64,000 bases of DNA from Kofleriaceae bacterium (GCA_036271395.1 DATBAS010000193.1:117097-181096), one strand, 5' to 3'; numbered from the stretch's first letter, positions 39,995 to 49,745 are shown. Numbers and translations are program-made. The notes: a model not told the origin generated them from the letters alone.

Positions 39995-42477
39995 CGGATC
40001 TCGAGCGCGAGGCCGAGCACCTCGTCGCCGGGCGTGATCGTCGCGCGCGTCGTGCCGGCCGCGTCGCCCTTGGTGGCGATCACGTCGACGTCACCGGTCG
40101 GCGCGTCGTGGATGCGGAACTCGCCTTGCGCGTCGGCATCGCCGGCGACCTCGCCGGCGGTCGAGCGGATCACGACGTGTGCGCCGGCGACGCGCTGGCC
40201 GCGGCCGTCGCGCACGGTGCCGCCGATCAGCGCACCGCGCGTCAGCTCGATGCGGACATCGCGGATCGACGTGCCGCCCGGCGATGTCGCGGCCGGCACG
40301 TCGAAGTCGCGCGCCAGCGCCATGTAGCCCGGCTGCGCGATCGTCAGCCGCCAGTGCCCGACGAGGACCGGGCCGAGCTTCCAGCGGCCGGTGCTCGCCG
40401 TCGACGTCTCGGTCGTCGCACCGCCGGGCCCCGATGCCGATAGCGACGTGCTCGCGAGCGGATCGCCGGTGCGCGCGTCGAGCAACACGCCTTCGATCGC
40501 GCCGCCGAGCGCGACCACGAGCCGCGCGCGCTCGCCGGTGGTCGACGCGGCCGCATCGAGCTCTTGCGTCGGATACGCGGGATGGTCGACGCGCACGCGG
40601 ACGTGACCGCGCGGCAGCATCTCGATCGCGAACACGCCATCGCTCGAGCTGGTCGCGCCGCGGCCTTCGCTCGGGCCCGCGACGATCTCGAGGTGCGCGC
40701 CGCCGACCGGGATGCCGGTCGAATCGACGAGCGTGCCGAGCAGCGTCGCATCGGCGACCTCGAGCACGACGTCCTCGCGATGCTCGGCCGCGGTCGTGCC
40801 GTCGGCGAGCGCGAGCTCGAGCGCGAGGCGCGCTTCGCCGTGACCGTACGCGGAGACGCGCAGCACCAGCTTGCCGCTGAGTGGACCGATCCGATACTGG
40901 CCGTCGGAGTCGGTGAAGTTTTCGACCGGCGCGCCGACCTCCGGTTGCGCCGAGACTTCGGCGCCGGCGACCGGCGCGCCGCTTTGATCGGTGACGCGGC
41001 CCGCGACGTAGGTGCCCGCGCCGAGCACGACGTCGACGTCGGAGATGACGTCGTTGGCGGCGAGCGTGACCTCGCGCGAACGACCTTCGGCGAACTCCGC
41101 GGCGATCGCGAGCGCGGTGACCTTGCCCTTCGCGATGCCCGTGATCCGATACCGGCCGTCGCTGCCGGTCGTCCAGATCGAAGCGCGCACGCCGTTGCCG
41201 CTGGATGCGAGCGGCGCCGGCTCGCCGACGAGCCCGATCGCTTTCGGATCGACGACCGCGGCCGGCCGCGCGACCTGCTCGCCGGGCAACGGCAACGGTG
41301 GGATCGGGCCGACCATGACGCCGAGCTCGCCGCGCGCGATCAGCTGCGGATCGGCCGACATCGGAGTCGACGTCGTGCTCGGCGCCGGCGCGCCGCTGCG
41401 CCCGGAGAATCGCCGCAGCCGATCCTGATCGACGTCGGCCGAGTATTCGGTCGGGCTCGCGCCCGCGGTCAGCGCACGCACCGATGCGCCCGCGATCGGC
41501 TTGCCGCTCGGGTCGACGACGCGGCCTTCGATCGCGGCGCCGCGTTCGAGCGCGAGCTCGGGTACGCCCTTGCCGGCCTCGAGCTCGACGCCGCCGGGCG
41601 AGATGTACCCCGGCGCGAACGCGTCGGCGATCCACGTGCCGTTCGGCACGCCTTCGATGCGAAACACGCCGTCGTCCCCGCTGCGCGCGTAGCGCGGCGC
41701 CTGATCGTCGCCTTGCGGGCGCAGCTCGATCGCGGCGACGAGCGCGGTGCCTTCGCTGCGATCGATCACGCGGCCGACCACGATCGCGCCGGCTTCGAGT
41801 CGCAGCTCGACCGGCGCGAACGGCCCGGCGCCGAGCCGGCTCACCCGCACGGCGCGCGCGGCGAGCGCTTGTTGCCACGCGTAGACTTGATAGCGGCCCT
41901 CGGGCAAATCGGGCACGTGAAACGCGCCGCGCGGATCGGCGACGACCTCGAGCCCGCCGCCGATCGCGTCGCCGCGAATCCCGACCGTCGCGCCGGCGAC
42001 CGGCTTGCCGCCGTCGGTGACCGTGCCGTCGATCGAGATCTGGCGCGCGACGACGATGCGCGCCTCGTCGGAGGGCACGGGTACGAAGCGCACCTCGGCG
42101 GCGAGCAATCCGGCGCCGGTGACATGCACGCGGTACCGGCCCGGTGCGAGGCCATCGATGATGAAGTGACCGTCGTTGCCGGTCGGTGGGATCGCGCTCG
42201 TCGCGACCGCACTTCCGCTGCCGCTGCCCATCGCTTCGAGCTCGGCCGAGACGCTCGCGCCCGCGACCGGCAGGCCGGCACCATCGACGACAAAGCCGGT
42301 CAGCCGCGGCCCACTCGCCGTGCCCGGCAAGTGCGGCGGCGCCGGTGTCGTCGTGAAGCCGTGCCCGCTGCCGCGCGACGCGTCCGTCGCCGGCGTGGGC
42401 GCGTGCCTGCCGACGACGAGCCCGATCGTCGCCGCGAGGACGACGATCACGCCGAGCGCGACGAGCGGGTTGCGCAT
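39991..42477 (-). CDS. Membrane-anchored protein with multiple carboxypeptidase-regulatory-like (CarboxypepD_reg) domains
   Basis: N-terminal TM anchor. At least 8 repeats of the G.V.D..G.P.AGA.V pattern (GRVVDPSGKPIAGASVRA, GRVTDQSGAPVAGAEVSA, GTVRDGRGQRVAGAHVVI ...). Confidence 0.8.
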   Translation of the reverse strand: MRNPLVALGVIVVLAATIGLVVGRHAPTPATDASRGSGHGFTTTPAPPHLPGTASGPRLTGFVVDGAGLPVAGASVSAELEAMGSGSGSAVATSAIPPTGNDGHFIIDGLAPGRYRVHVTGAGLLAAEVRFVPVPSDEARIVVARQISIDGTVTDGGKPVAGATVGIRGDAIGGGLEVVADPRGAFHVPDLPEGRYQVYAWQQALAARAVRVSRLGAGPFAPVELRLEAGAIVVGRVIDRSEGTALVAAIELRPQGDDQAPRYARSGDDGVFRIEGVPNGTWIADAFAPGYISPGGVELEAGKGVPELALERGAAIEGRVVDPSGKPIAGASVRALTAGASPTEYSADVDQDRLRRFSGRSGAPAPSTTSTPMSADPQLIARGELGVMVGPIPPLPLPGEQVARPAAVVDPKAIGLVGEPAPLASSGNGVRASIWTTGSDGRYRITGIAKGKVTALAIAAEFAEGRSREVTLAANDVISDVDVVLGAGTYVAGRVTDQSGAPVAGAEVSAQPEVGAPVENFTDSDGQYRIGPLSGKLVLRVSAYGHGEARLALELALADGTTAAEHREDVVLEVADATLLGTLVDSTGIPVGGAHLEIVAGPSEGRGATSSSDGVFAIEMLPRGHVRVRVDHPAYPTQELDAAASTTGERARLVVALGGAIEGVLLDARTGDPLASTSLSASGPGGATTETSTASTGRWKLGPVLVGHWRLTIAQPGYMALARDFDVPAATSPGGTSIRDVRIELTRGALIGGTVRDGRGQRVAGAHVVIRSTAGEVAGDADAQGEFRIHDAPTGDVDVIATKGDAAGTTRATITPGDEVLGLALEIR

Positions 42478-42596
42478 CGGCGGTGACTGTAGCGCGTGGG
42501 CGATACCATCTGACTATCGGAGGCGACGGCGCTCGCATGCAAACAGCCGAATGCGCGGCGCGCTCGGCTGGCACGCAGGCTGCTCGTGTGGCCGGC

Positions 42597-42803
42597 ATGG
42601 CGAACGACGCGCTCCCCAAGATCAGCGACACCGGCCTCGGCCGAACCTGCGGCGGCGCCACGAGCTGCTTGGCGATCGCGGTGCCGCCGGCGCCGAGCGC
42701 GACCGCCAGCTTGAACGAGCAGCTCGCGGGCTGGCAGGCGCGCAGTGACGCGCACACCAAAGTCGCGGAGTGCTACAAGGCGCAGAGCGCGAGCGCGAAG
42801 TAG
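42597..42803 (+). CDS. Possible small protein (68 aa; alternative start 42537)
   Basis: GC3-rich frame in an otherwise unassigned 357-bp gap. No recognisable motif. Confidence 0.3.
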   Translation: MANDALPKISDTGLGRTCGGATSCLAIAVPPAPSATASLNEQLAGWQARSDAHTKVAECYKAQSASAK

Positions 42804-42834
42804 CCAGCGACGCAGCCGTGTTACGCTCTCGGCG

Positions 42835-43290
42835 ATGGCGCAGGCTCTGTTCTCGAACCAGCGCGAAGCGAACGCGCAATCGACGATCGCGCTCGTCGAA
42901 GCCGTGATCGCCGAGCTCGGCTACCCGAGCACGCCGATCGCCGAGCCCGGTGCGCTGATCGGCTGGCAGCTCGCGAAGGGCTCCGCGACCGCGACGGTCA
43001 CGCTCGTCGACCGCGCCGAGTTCACCCACCTCCGCGTCTGCGCGGTCGTGATGACGCTCGACGCGAAGGTCGATCGCGCGGCGCTGCACGCGCACTTACT
43101 CGAGCTCAACGCCGGCCTTTGCGGCAGCGCGTTCGCGACGTCGGGCGATCAGATCTTGCTGCTCGCCGAGCGCTCGACGCTCGATCTCGATCGCAGCGAG
43201 GTTCGCGACGCGATCACGCGCGTGACCGAGTCCGCCGACGATCACGACGACGTGCTGGTCGCGCGCTTCGGCGGCCGCATCGGCGGCTAG
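42835..43290 (+). CDS. YbjN-like (type III secretion chaperone-like fold) protein
   Basis: ATG at 42835. 151 aa, acidic, with a pattern similar to YbjN/sensory-transduction-regulator family proteins. This is a weak, by-eye call. Confidence 0.5.
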   Translation: MAQALFSNQREANAQSTIALVEAVIAELGYPSTPIAEPGALIGWQLAKGSATATVTLVDRAEFTHLRVCAVVMTLDAKVDRAALHAHLLELNAGLCGSAFATSGDQILLLAERSTLDLDRSEVRDAITRVTESADDHDDVLVARFGGRIGG

Positions 43291-43312
43291 CGCGCGCGCG
43301 AGCGAGTAACTG

Positions 43313-43579
43313 TTACGTCGCGGCGGTGATATCGCGGCCGCGCGGGCCTTCATCGAGCGCGATCGATACGAGCACGTTCGGGCACAGCGTCAGCTCGGTG
43401 AGCTCGCGCAGCACGCGGCCGCGCGAATCGGTCATCTTCGCGTCTTGCAGCACGACGAACTCGACCGGTCCCGAGCTCGGCTGGCACGACGCCAGATAGC
43501 CGGTGACGCGCGCCCCGGTGTCGTACTCGATCGTCACGCGATGGCTGATCAGATCGTGCAGCTTCGAGTAGTTCGGCAT
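43313..43579 (-). CDS. Hypothetical small protein (88 aa)
   Basis: ATG at 43579 (MPNYSKLHDLISHRVTIEYDTGARVTGYL...). GC3-rich. The track ORF upstream extension was rejected. Confidence 0.5.
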   Translation of the reverse strand: MPNYSKLHDLISHRVTIEYDTGARVTGYLASCQPSSGPVEFVVLQDAKMTDSRGRVLRELTELTLCPNVLVSIALDEGPRGRDITAAT

Positions 43580-43601
43580 CGCCTGCCCTATATCACGGTT
43601 G

Positions 43602-43904
43602 CTAGCGCCACGGGTCGGCGGCCGGCGCGGCTTCGCCGACCTCGCGGATCGCGCCGTTGCGATCGAGCTCGAGCTGGAGATGCTTGCGCTCGCCGCTCGC
43701 GAGCTCGGCATCGCACGAGAATCGCGCACCGGCCACCGTGATCGGGATCTCCGGATCGCAGGCGAGCGCGCGAATGGTCGCCTTGTTCTTCGCGAGTAGA
43801 TCGGCGGCGATCACATCGCCGCGCGCGATCGTCGGACGGCGCGCTAGATACGCCGCGCCGGCCGCGACGGCCGCGATAAACGCGATCACCAACACCGAAC
43901 GCAT
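43602..43904 (-). CDS. Hypothetical small membrane-anchored protein (100 aa)
   Basis: ATG at 43904. N-terminal helix MRSVLVIAFIAAVAAGAAYL. Confidence 0.5.
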   Translation of the reverse strand: MRSVLVIAFIAAVAAGAAYLARRPTIARGDVIAADLLAKNKATIRALACDPEIPITVAGARFSCDAELASGERKHLQLELDRNGAIREVGEAAPAADPWR

Positions 43905-43929
43905 CGCAGCTCGATTCTGCCTCCAACTG

Positions 43930-43953
43930 GACCGACCAACTAGTCGGTCGGTC
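43930..43953. repeat. Palindromic element copy B: GACCGACCAAC-TA-GTCGGTCGGTC
   Basis: 11-bp arms with one mismatch. Lies in the 153-bp spacer 43905-44057. Confidence 0.8.
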
Positions 43954-44015
43954 GACGATACGACTCGGACCCCGGCGATCTGCATCTCCCCTCGCCGGCA
44001 TCTCGCCCGCACGCC

Positions 44016-44039
44016 GACCGACCAACCAGTTGGTCGGTC
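44016..44039. repeat. Palindromic element copy C: GACCGACCAAC-CA-GTTGGTCGGTC
   Basis: 11-bp perfect arms with a 2-nt spacer. 86 nt from copy B in the same spacer. Confidence 0.8.
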
Positions 44040-44057
44040 CGTCTCTACGTCGCCGAA

Positions 44058-44936
44058 TCACTCGTTCGCGTCGGGCTCGGTGACGTCATCCGAGCCATCG
44101 GTCGTCGGCGCGTCCGAACCCGCCTGGATCTCCGGCATGTCCTCGCCGTGGTCGAACGACTTCGCTTCGGGCTGCTTGGGCTCGGGCTGCGGATCGGCCT
44201 TCGCGACCGAGTCGACACCTTCGAGGCGCTTGCGGCTCGAGGCCGCCTCGCGCGAGCCGAGCTTGCCACCCGAGTCGAACGCGAGCCGCGCTTCGTCGAA
44301 GCGGCCGAGCTGCTCGAGCGCGGTGCCGAGGTTGTTGTACATGAACCCGGTCGCGCCTTTGCGCGAGGTCGCCTCGGTGAAGTGCTCCGCGGCCTCGTCG
44401 TACTTCTTGAGCTGGAGCTCGGCGTAGCCGAGGTTGTTCCAGGCCCAGATGTTGTTCTGATCGAGCTCGCACGCGCGCGAGAACGCTTCGATCGCGTCGT
44501 CGTAGTTGAACGCGGTGAGCTCGGCGCGGCCCTGCGTGTTCCACGCGAGGCTCGATAGCGGCGCGAGCTTCGTGCCCTTCTTCGCGGCGGCGACCGCGAG
44601 CCCGCGCTTACCATCGGCGATGTAAACGCGCGCGAGCTCGATGTGAGGCTCGGCGCGCTTCTTGTCGAGCTTGATCGCGGCTTCGAGCATCTGCACCGCG
44701 CCATCGCGATCGCCCTTCGCGGCGAGCGCGCGACCTTGCGCGAGCGCGTCGTCGAACTGCGTCGGCGCGACCGGCGCTTGCACCGGCGTGCTCGCGGGCT
44801 GGACGTGATCGACGGGCGAAACCTCGGCGACGCGCGTCTGCGTCGGAAGCTTCGGCATGAACGACATCGGATCGACCGCAACCGCGTCGTCGCCACAACC
44901 CGACGCCAACAGCAATGCAAACAGGATCTTCTTCAT
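44058..44936 (-). CDS. TPR-repeat lipoprotein
   Basis: Lipobox LLLASGC|G. At least 5 TPR units (AWNNLGYAELQLKKYDEAAEHFTEA etc.). Confidence 0.8.
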   Translation of the reverse strand: MKKILFALLLASGCGDDAVAVDPMSFMPKLPTQTRVAEVSPVDHVQPASTPVQAPVAPTQFDDALAQGRALAAKGDRDGAVQMLEAAIKLDKKRAEPHIELARVYIADGKRGLAVAAAKKGTKLAPLSSLAWNTQGRAELTAFNYDDAIEAFSRACELDQNNIWAWNNLGYAELQLKKYDEAAEHFTEATSRKGATGFMYNNLGTALEQLGRFDEARLAFDSGGKLGSREAASSRKRLEGVDSVAKADPQPEPKQPEAKSFDHGEDMPEIQAGSDAPTTDGSDDVTEPDANE

Positions 44937-45071
44937 GGTGACCTGACCTCTCTTTGTCGATCACGATGAACAGCATCGGCCGTGCCACGCGAAGCAGCCA
45001 ACCGCGACGAGCAGTTGTGCTCCGATGTGGGTGTGCGGACGCGGTCGGCTGTGGCCGCGGCCCGCGGGATT

Positions 45072-45773
45072 TTACGGCGTCGCGTGCGCGTTGATCTGGA
45101 CCGTCGCGTCGAGCTTGCCGGTCGGCAAGGGGTCGCCGGCGCCGAGCGTGATCGTGGCGCCGACGATCACGTTGAACGGATCTTTGTAGTCGTTCATCGC
45201 GGAGTCGAGCGCCGCTTGGCCGTCATCGACGAACGCGAGGTCGGCCGTGGCGACGAGCGTCTTCGGCGCGACCGGCTGGATCGTCGCGATCGCGGTGACG
45301 CCCGGATCGGTCGGTTGCGTCGACGACATCGGCGCGACGTACACGGTGATCGGCGGCGTCGCGATGTTCAGCGAGTTGTCGTTGACCATGTACTCGACGC
45401 TGTCGACGGTGATCGTCACGCCGCTGTGGTTCGCGATCGTCTCGAGCTGCGGTGAATCGCTGAGCAGATCGACCATCTGATGCGCGGCGATCTGCAGCGA
45501 CAGATCGCAGGTGTGCGCGCTCGCATCGCAGCTACCGCTGCAGTTCGCCGGGCAGGCGGCGGTCGCCGCCGCATTGCAGACATCGGCGGCGCTCGTCGTC
45601 GCGGGCATGCACGACGTCGTCAGGTACGCATCGGCGGTTTGCTGCGTGACCTGCCAGCCCGACGTGTCGATCGCGAACGGCTTCGGCGGCAGATCGAGCG
45701 AGACATCGGCGGCATTGGACGAAAGTAGCCCGCAGCCGCCTAGCAGCAGGGCACCCAAAGCTAATCGGTACAT
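45072..45773 (-). CDS. Lipoprotein, Cys-rich N-terminal region
   Basis: Lipobox LLLGGC|G. 233 aa. Confidence 0.7.
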   Translation of the reverse strand: MYRLALGALLLGGCGLLSSNAADVSLDLPPKPFAIDTSGWQVTQQTADAYLTTSCMPATTSAADVCNAAATAACPANCSGSCDASAHTCDLSLQIAAHQMVDLLSDSPQLETIANHSGVTITVDSVEYMVNDNSLNIATPPITVYVAPMSSTQPTDPGVTAIATIQPVAPKTLVATADLAFVDDGQAALDSAMNDYKDPFNVIVGATITLGAGDPLPTGKLDATVQINAHATP

Positions 45774-45811
45774 CTAGACGACCAGCATAGCGCAGCTGTG
45801 GCGAGGCACTC

Positions 45812-45842
45812 AAAAAACGACGTGACGCACGCTACAGCGTCG
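45812..45842 (-). terminator. Putative intrinsic terminator after meaB
   Basis: On the minus strand, CGACG...CGTCG stem (45818-45842, includes the stop codon) followed by T6 (A6 on the plus strand at 45812-45817). Such T-runs are rare in this sequence. Confidence 0.45.
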
Positions 45843-46737
45843 CGACGAGCTCCTCGGCGAGGCTCCACGGGTCGCGCCCCGACGCGACGAGCTCGGCAGC
45901 GCGTGTTTCTAGCGCCGCGGCCACGCGATCGGCGAGCAGCGCACGCACGAGGTCGTACAGCTGTGCGCGCGCACGCTGGGCCGCCCGCGGTGCGGCCGCC
46001 GGCCCCGTCCACGCGCGTGCACGATGGCCTTCGATCGCGGCCGCGAGCTCCGCGATCCCCGCACCGCGCGTCGCGATCGTCCGCACGATCGGCACGTCGT
46101 TACGATCGGCACGCAGCGCGAGCATCTGCGAGAGCTCGCGCTCCACGCGATCGGCGCCGTCGCGATCGGCCTTGTTGACCGCGAGCACGTCGGCGACCTC
46201 GAGCAGGCCCGCTTTGATCGCCTGGATGTCGTCACCGAGGCCGGGCACGCTGACGACGACCGTGGTGTGCGCCGCGCGCATCACGTCGATCTCGTCCTGG
46301 CCGACGCCGACCGTTTCGATCAAGATCCGCGCGAAGCCCATCGCATCGAGCACGCTCGCGATGTCGAACGTCGATCGCGACAAGCCGCCGAGATGGCCGC
46401 GCGTCGCCAAGCTGCGGATGAACACGCCGGGATCGAGCGCGTGACGATGCATGCGGATGCGATCGCCGAGCAGCGCGCCGCCGGTGAACGGCGACGTCGG
46501 ATCGACCGCGATCACGCCGACGCGTTCGCCCGCCGCGCGGTAGTGCGAGATCAACCCGTCGACAACCGTCGACTTGCCGGCGCCCGGATTGCCGGTCACG
46601 CCGACGACGTACGCGTTGCCGGTGTGCGGAAATAGCTGCTTGAGCTGTGCGATCGCCTCGGGCCGGCGATCGTCGAGGTCGCGCATCATGGTCGCCGCGG
46701 CCGCGACGTCGCCGCGCAGGATCGCCTCGACGGTCAA
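45832..46737 (-). CDS. meaB: Methylmalonyl-CoA mutase-associated GTPase MeaB/ArgK family
   Basis: GVTGNPGAGKST P-loop, IAVDPTSPFTGGALLGDRIRM, NKADR. The TTG start overlaps the upstream TGA (alternative ATG about 46689). Confidence 0.85.
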   Translation of the reverse strand: MTVEAILRGDVAAAATMMRDLDDRRPEAIAQLKQLFPHTGNAYVVGVTGNPGAGKSTVVDGLISHYRAAGERVGVIAVDPTSPFTGGALLGDRIRMHRHALDPGVFIRSLATRGHLGGLSRSTFDIASVLDAMGFARILIETVGVGQDEIDVMRAAHTTVVVSVPGLGDDIQAIKAGLLEVADVLAVNKADRDGADRVERELSQMLALRADRNDVPIVRTIATRGAGIAELAAAIEGHRARAWTGPAAAPRAAQRARAQLYDLVRALLADRVAAALETRAAELVASGRDPWSLAEELVATL

Positions 46738-47858
46738 TGTTTGAACCTCTGCTCGGGACCGGCGGGCGTATAGATCTGCAGCGCGTTCAACGTGCCGGTG
46801 AACGCGTGCTGCGTGCCGGGCGGAATCTGGATGACCGATGACTCGGTGACCGCGAGGCTGGTACCGGCGACCACGAGCGTGCCGCCTCCGGACTCCATGT
46901 AGAGCATCTCGGTCTCGTTGGCGTGGACGTGCGGCGGCACGTCGCCGGCGTGGAGATGTGACGCCGCGAGCGAGCTCGCGCGGATCGTCGTCGGCTCGGC
47001 GACGATCGTGACGCCCGCGCAATCGCTCGCGCGCGAGTGGTCGAAGCAGAACGACTTCGCGTCGCGAGCGCGCAGCACGATCGCGCCGCCGGCCTTCTGT
47101 CCCGCGGCGTCGCGGTTCGGTAGCGCGCCGGCGCGCGCGACGCCTTCTTTGCCGCCTGGCACGAGCACGACGACCGCGTGGAGCTCGCCCGCCTTCGCCG
47201 CGACCTCGAACGTGCCGCCCTTGGGCACGAACATCATGTCGCCCGGCGACACGACCGTCCCGTTGACCGTCGCGTCGTTCGCCGTGACGTACCACAGCTG
47301 ATCGCGATCGGCCGCGCGCATGCCGGTCGTCGCACCGGCGGCGAGCGTCACGCCGAGCATCGATGCGGCGGCGTTGCCGGTGTTCGCGGCGTCGAGCAAC
47401 ACCGCGATCGACGTCTTGCCCTGCGCGTGTTCGGGCACGAGCCGGCGATCGACCACGCTCTGGCCGTCGACCTTGCGAAACGCGAACGGCAGCTGGATCG
47501 TCTGGCCCGCCAGCGGCGGCGCCCAGCGATACGCCTCGAGCAAATTCTTCAGGCACGCCGACAGCGTCGGGCTGGCCGCCGAATCTTTGATCAAGGTGGC
47601 GTGCGGCGGCGTCGCGATCTCGATGTTGGCCGAGATCTCGCCGGCGATGTCGAACCGCTCGCTCGCCGCGGCCGCGGCCCAGCACTGCTGCGCGGCCGGC
47701 GCGAGATCGTTCATCGCCTTCTGGATCGCCGCGAGCTTCTCGTCGTCGGTCACCGCCGCCGCATCGGCGATCGCAACCGCGGCGTCGGAGTGCACGACGG
47801 GCGCCGGCGCTGCCTGCGGCGCGCCACACGCGGCGAGCAACGCGACCAACCGCTTCAG
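46734..47858 (-). CDS. Lipoprotein with AgmX/TonB_C-like N-domain and C-terminal cupin domain
   Basis: (L/M)KRLVALLAAC|G lipobox. Cupin motif HVHANETEMLYMESGGG..V.....PPGTQHAF. The only in-frame start giving the signal peptide is a CTG overlapping the ACAD TGA (alternative TTG at 47849). Confidence 0.6.
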   Translation of the reverse strand: MKRLVALLAACGAPQAAPAPVVHSDAAVAIADAAAVTDDEKLAAIQKAMNDLAPAAQQCWAAAAASERFDIAGEISANIEIATPPHATLIKDSAASPTLSACLKNLLEAYRWAPPLAGQTIQLPFAFRKVDGQSVVDRRLVPEHAQGKTSIAVLLDAANTGNAAASMLGVTLAAGATTGMRAADRDQLWYVTANDATVNGTVVSPGDMMFVPKGGTFEVAAKAGELHAVVVLVPGGKEGVARAGALPNRDAAGQKAGGAIVLRARDAKSFCFDHSRASDCAGVTIVAEPTTIRASSLAASHLHAGDVPPHVHANETEMLYMESGGGTLVVAGTSLAVTESSVIQIPPGTQHAFTGTLNALQIYTPAGPEQRFKH

Positions 47859-49003
47859 GCGTGATCCTTCAAGATGCCGCGCGCGATCACGATGCGCTGG
47901 ATCTCGCTGGTGCCTTCGTAGATCCGCGTCACGCGCACGTCGCGCAGCGCGCGCTCGACGGGAAAGTCTTTGACGTAGCCGTAGCCGCCGTGAACTTGCA
48001 GCGCGATGTCGCAGATCTTCCACGCGTGCTCGGTCGAGAACAGCTTCGCCATCGACGCCTGCAGCGCGAACGGCTGGCCGGTCTCCTTGAGCCAGGCGGC
48101 GCGCATCGCCATCAGCGTCGATGCGTCGAGCCAGGTCGCGGCATCGGCGAGCATGTTGCTGACCGCCTGGTGCTTGATGATCGGTTGGCCGAACGTCTTG
48201 CGCTCGCCGGCATAGCGAATCGCCGCTTCGAGCGCGCCGCGCGCGATGCCGATCGCCTGCGACGAGATGCCGATGCGGCCGCCATCGAGCGCCATCATCG
48301 CGAGCGCGAAGCCGCGACCCGGCGCGCCGAGCATCGCGTCGTCGGGGACTTCGACGCCCTCGAACACCAGCTGCGCGGTGCTCGACGCGCGCAACCCGAG
48401 CTTGTCCTCGAGTCGCGCGACGTGGAGGCCCGGCGTCTTGCCGCCGACGATGAACGCCGAGATGCCGTGGTGGCCCGCGTTCGGATCGGTCACCGCCCAT
48501 ACGATCATCACGCCGGCGTGATCGCCCGTCGTGATCCACTGCTTGGTGCCGTCGATGCGCCAGCCGCGCGCGGTCTTCGTCGCGGTCGTGCGGATCGCCG
48601 CCGGATCGCTGCCGGCATCCGGCTCGCTGAGCGCGAACGCGCCGGAGGTCATCGCGCCCGACGCGAGCGACGGATTCCACTGGTGCTGTTGCGCCGGCGT
48701 GCCGTTCTTCACGATCAACTCGCCGACCATGTTCGTGACCGAGACGGCGACCGCGACCGATGCGTCGCCGCGCGCGAGCTCTTGCATCGCGATCGAGTAC
48801 GCGATCGGCCCGAAGCCGGCGCCGCCGACCTCCTCGGGCACGGCGATGCCGAGCAGGCCGAGCTTGCCGAGCTCGCGCATCTCTTTCGCCGGGAACTCGC
48901 ACGTTTGATCGCGCGAGGCCGCCACCGGCATCAGCACGCGCTCGGCGTAGTCGCGCGCGGTCTGGCGCACGAGTTGCTGCTCTTCAGAAAGCTCGAAGTC
49001 CAT
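47855..49003 (-). CDS. Acyl-CoA dehydrogenase (short/branched-chain type)
   Basis: 382 aa. GAFALSEPDAGSD, QWITTG, GGYGYVKDFPVERALRDVRVTRIYEGTSEIQR. Confidence 0.9.
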   Translation of the reverse strand: MDFELSEEQQLVRQTARDYAERVLMPVAASRDQTCEFPAKEMRELGKLGLLGIAVPEEVGGAGFGPIAYSIAMQELARGDASVAVAVSVTNMVGELIVKNGTPAQQHQWNPSLASGAMTSGAFALSEPDAGSDPAAIRTTATKTARGWRIDGTKQWITTGDHAGVMIVWAVTDPNAGHHGISAFIVGGKTPGLHVARLEDKLGLRASSTAQLVFEGVEVPDDAMLGAPGRGFALAMMALDGGRIGISSQAIGIARGALEAAIRYAGERKTFGQPIIKHQAVSNMLADAATWLDASTLMAMRAAWLKETGQPFALQASMAKLFSTEHAWKICDIALQVHGGYGYVKDFPVERALRDVRVTRIYEGTSEIQRIVIARGILKDHA

Positions 49004-49006
49004 GGC

Positions 49007-49741
49007 TCACCGATATTTGACGGCCAGCTTGGCCACGATCCCGTGCGGGTCGGGCAGCCGCCACTTCAGCACCGCAGCGACGGCGCAATCGGCCCACTTG
49101 TCGTGAATCTCCGATCGGTCCGACGAGAACCCGGCCGACTGCGCCTTGCCGTGCGGCCCGACGTAGAGCGTGATCGTGACATCGCTCGGCGGCACGTCTT
49201 TCTTGCCGCAGGCGTCGAGCTTCACGAGCTGACCGCCGACGGCCTTCGTCGCCTGATCCTCGCTCCACGGCAGCGTGTTGCCCTTCGCCGTGAAATCGAG
49301 CGGCAACGAGAAGTCGGCGTCGCCGCCGACCGGCTTGTCGAAGGTCGCCCCGCGCGCGACGTCGAGCAAGCACTTCTCGATCGGCCATGCGCCGAGGTCG
49401 GTCTCCTGCATCAGCTTGACGGCGGTGACCGTCCCGTCCTTGCGAATATCCCAGTGGATCAGCACGTGGCCGCCGAGCCAACGCCGCTGGTGGTAGAGCT
49501 GGGTGTAGCAGTCGCTCATCTCGCTCTGATGCGGCGCGAGCCCGGCCTCGACGGCGTCCTTGTCCATGTGGCCGCGCGCGTGGACCACCGTGATGTGCTC
49601 GTCGGTATCGTTGTCGCTGTCCTCGATCGGCACGCGCTTCGCCATCGGCTCGGGCGCCGGTGCGGGTGCCGGTGGCGGCGGTGGCGGTGGTGGTTTGCCA
49701 CCGCACGCGGCGAGCGCCGCGAGGACAACGACGCGCTTCAT
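49007..49741 (-). CDS. Lipoprotein with poly-Pro linker and AgmX/PglI-TonB_C-like domains
   Basis: Lipobox LAALAAC|GG, P8 run. Domain pattern ...CY.......G.V.I.W.I..DG.V........ Confidence 0.7.
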   Translation of the reverse strand: MKRVVVLAALAACGGKPPPPPPPPAPAPAPEPMAKRVPIEDSDNDTDEHITVVHARGHMDKDAVEAGLAPHQSEMSDCYTQLYHQRRWLGGHVLIHWDIRKDGTVTAVKLMQETDLGAWPIEKCLLDVARGATFDKPVGGDADFSLPLDFTAKGNTLPWSEDQATKAVGGQLVKLDACGKKDVPPSDVTITLYVGPHGKAQSAGFSSDRSEIHDKWADCAVAAVLKWRLPDPHGIVAKLAVKYR

Positions 49742-49745
49742 GCGA

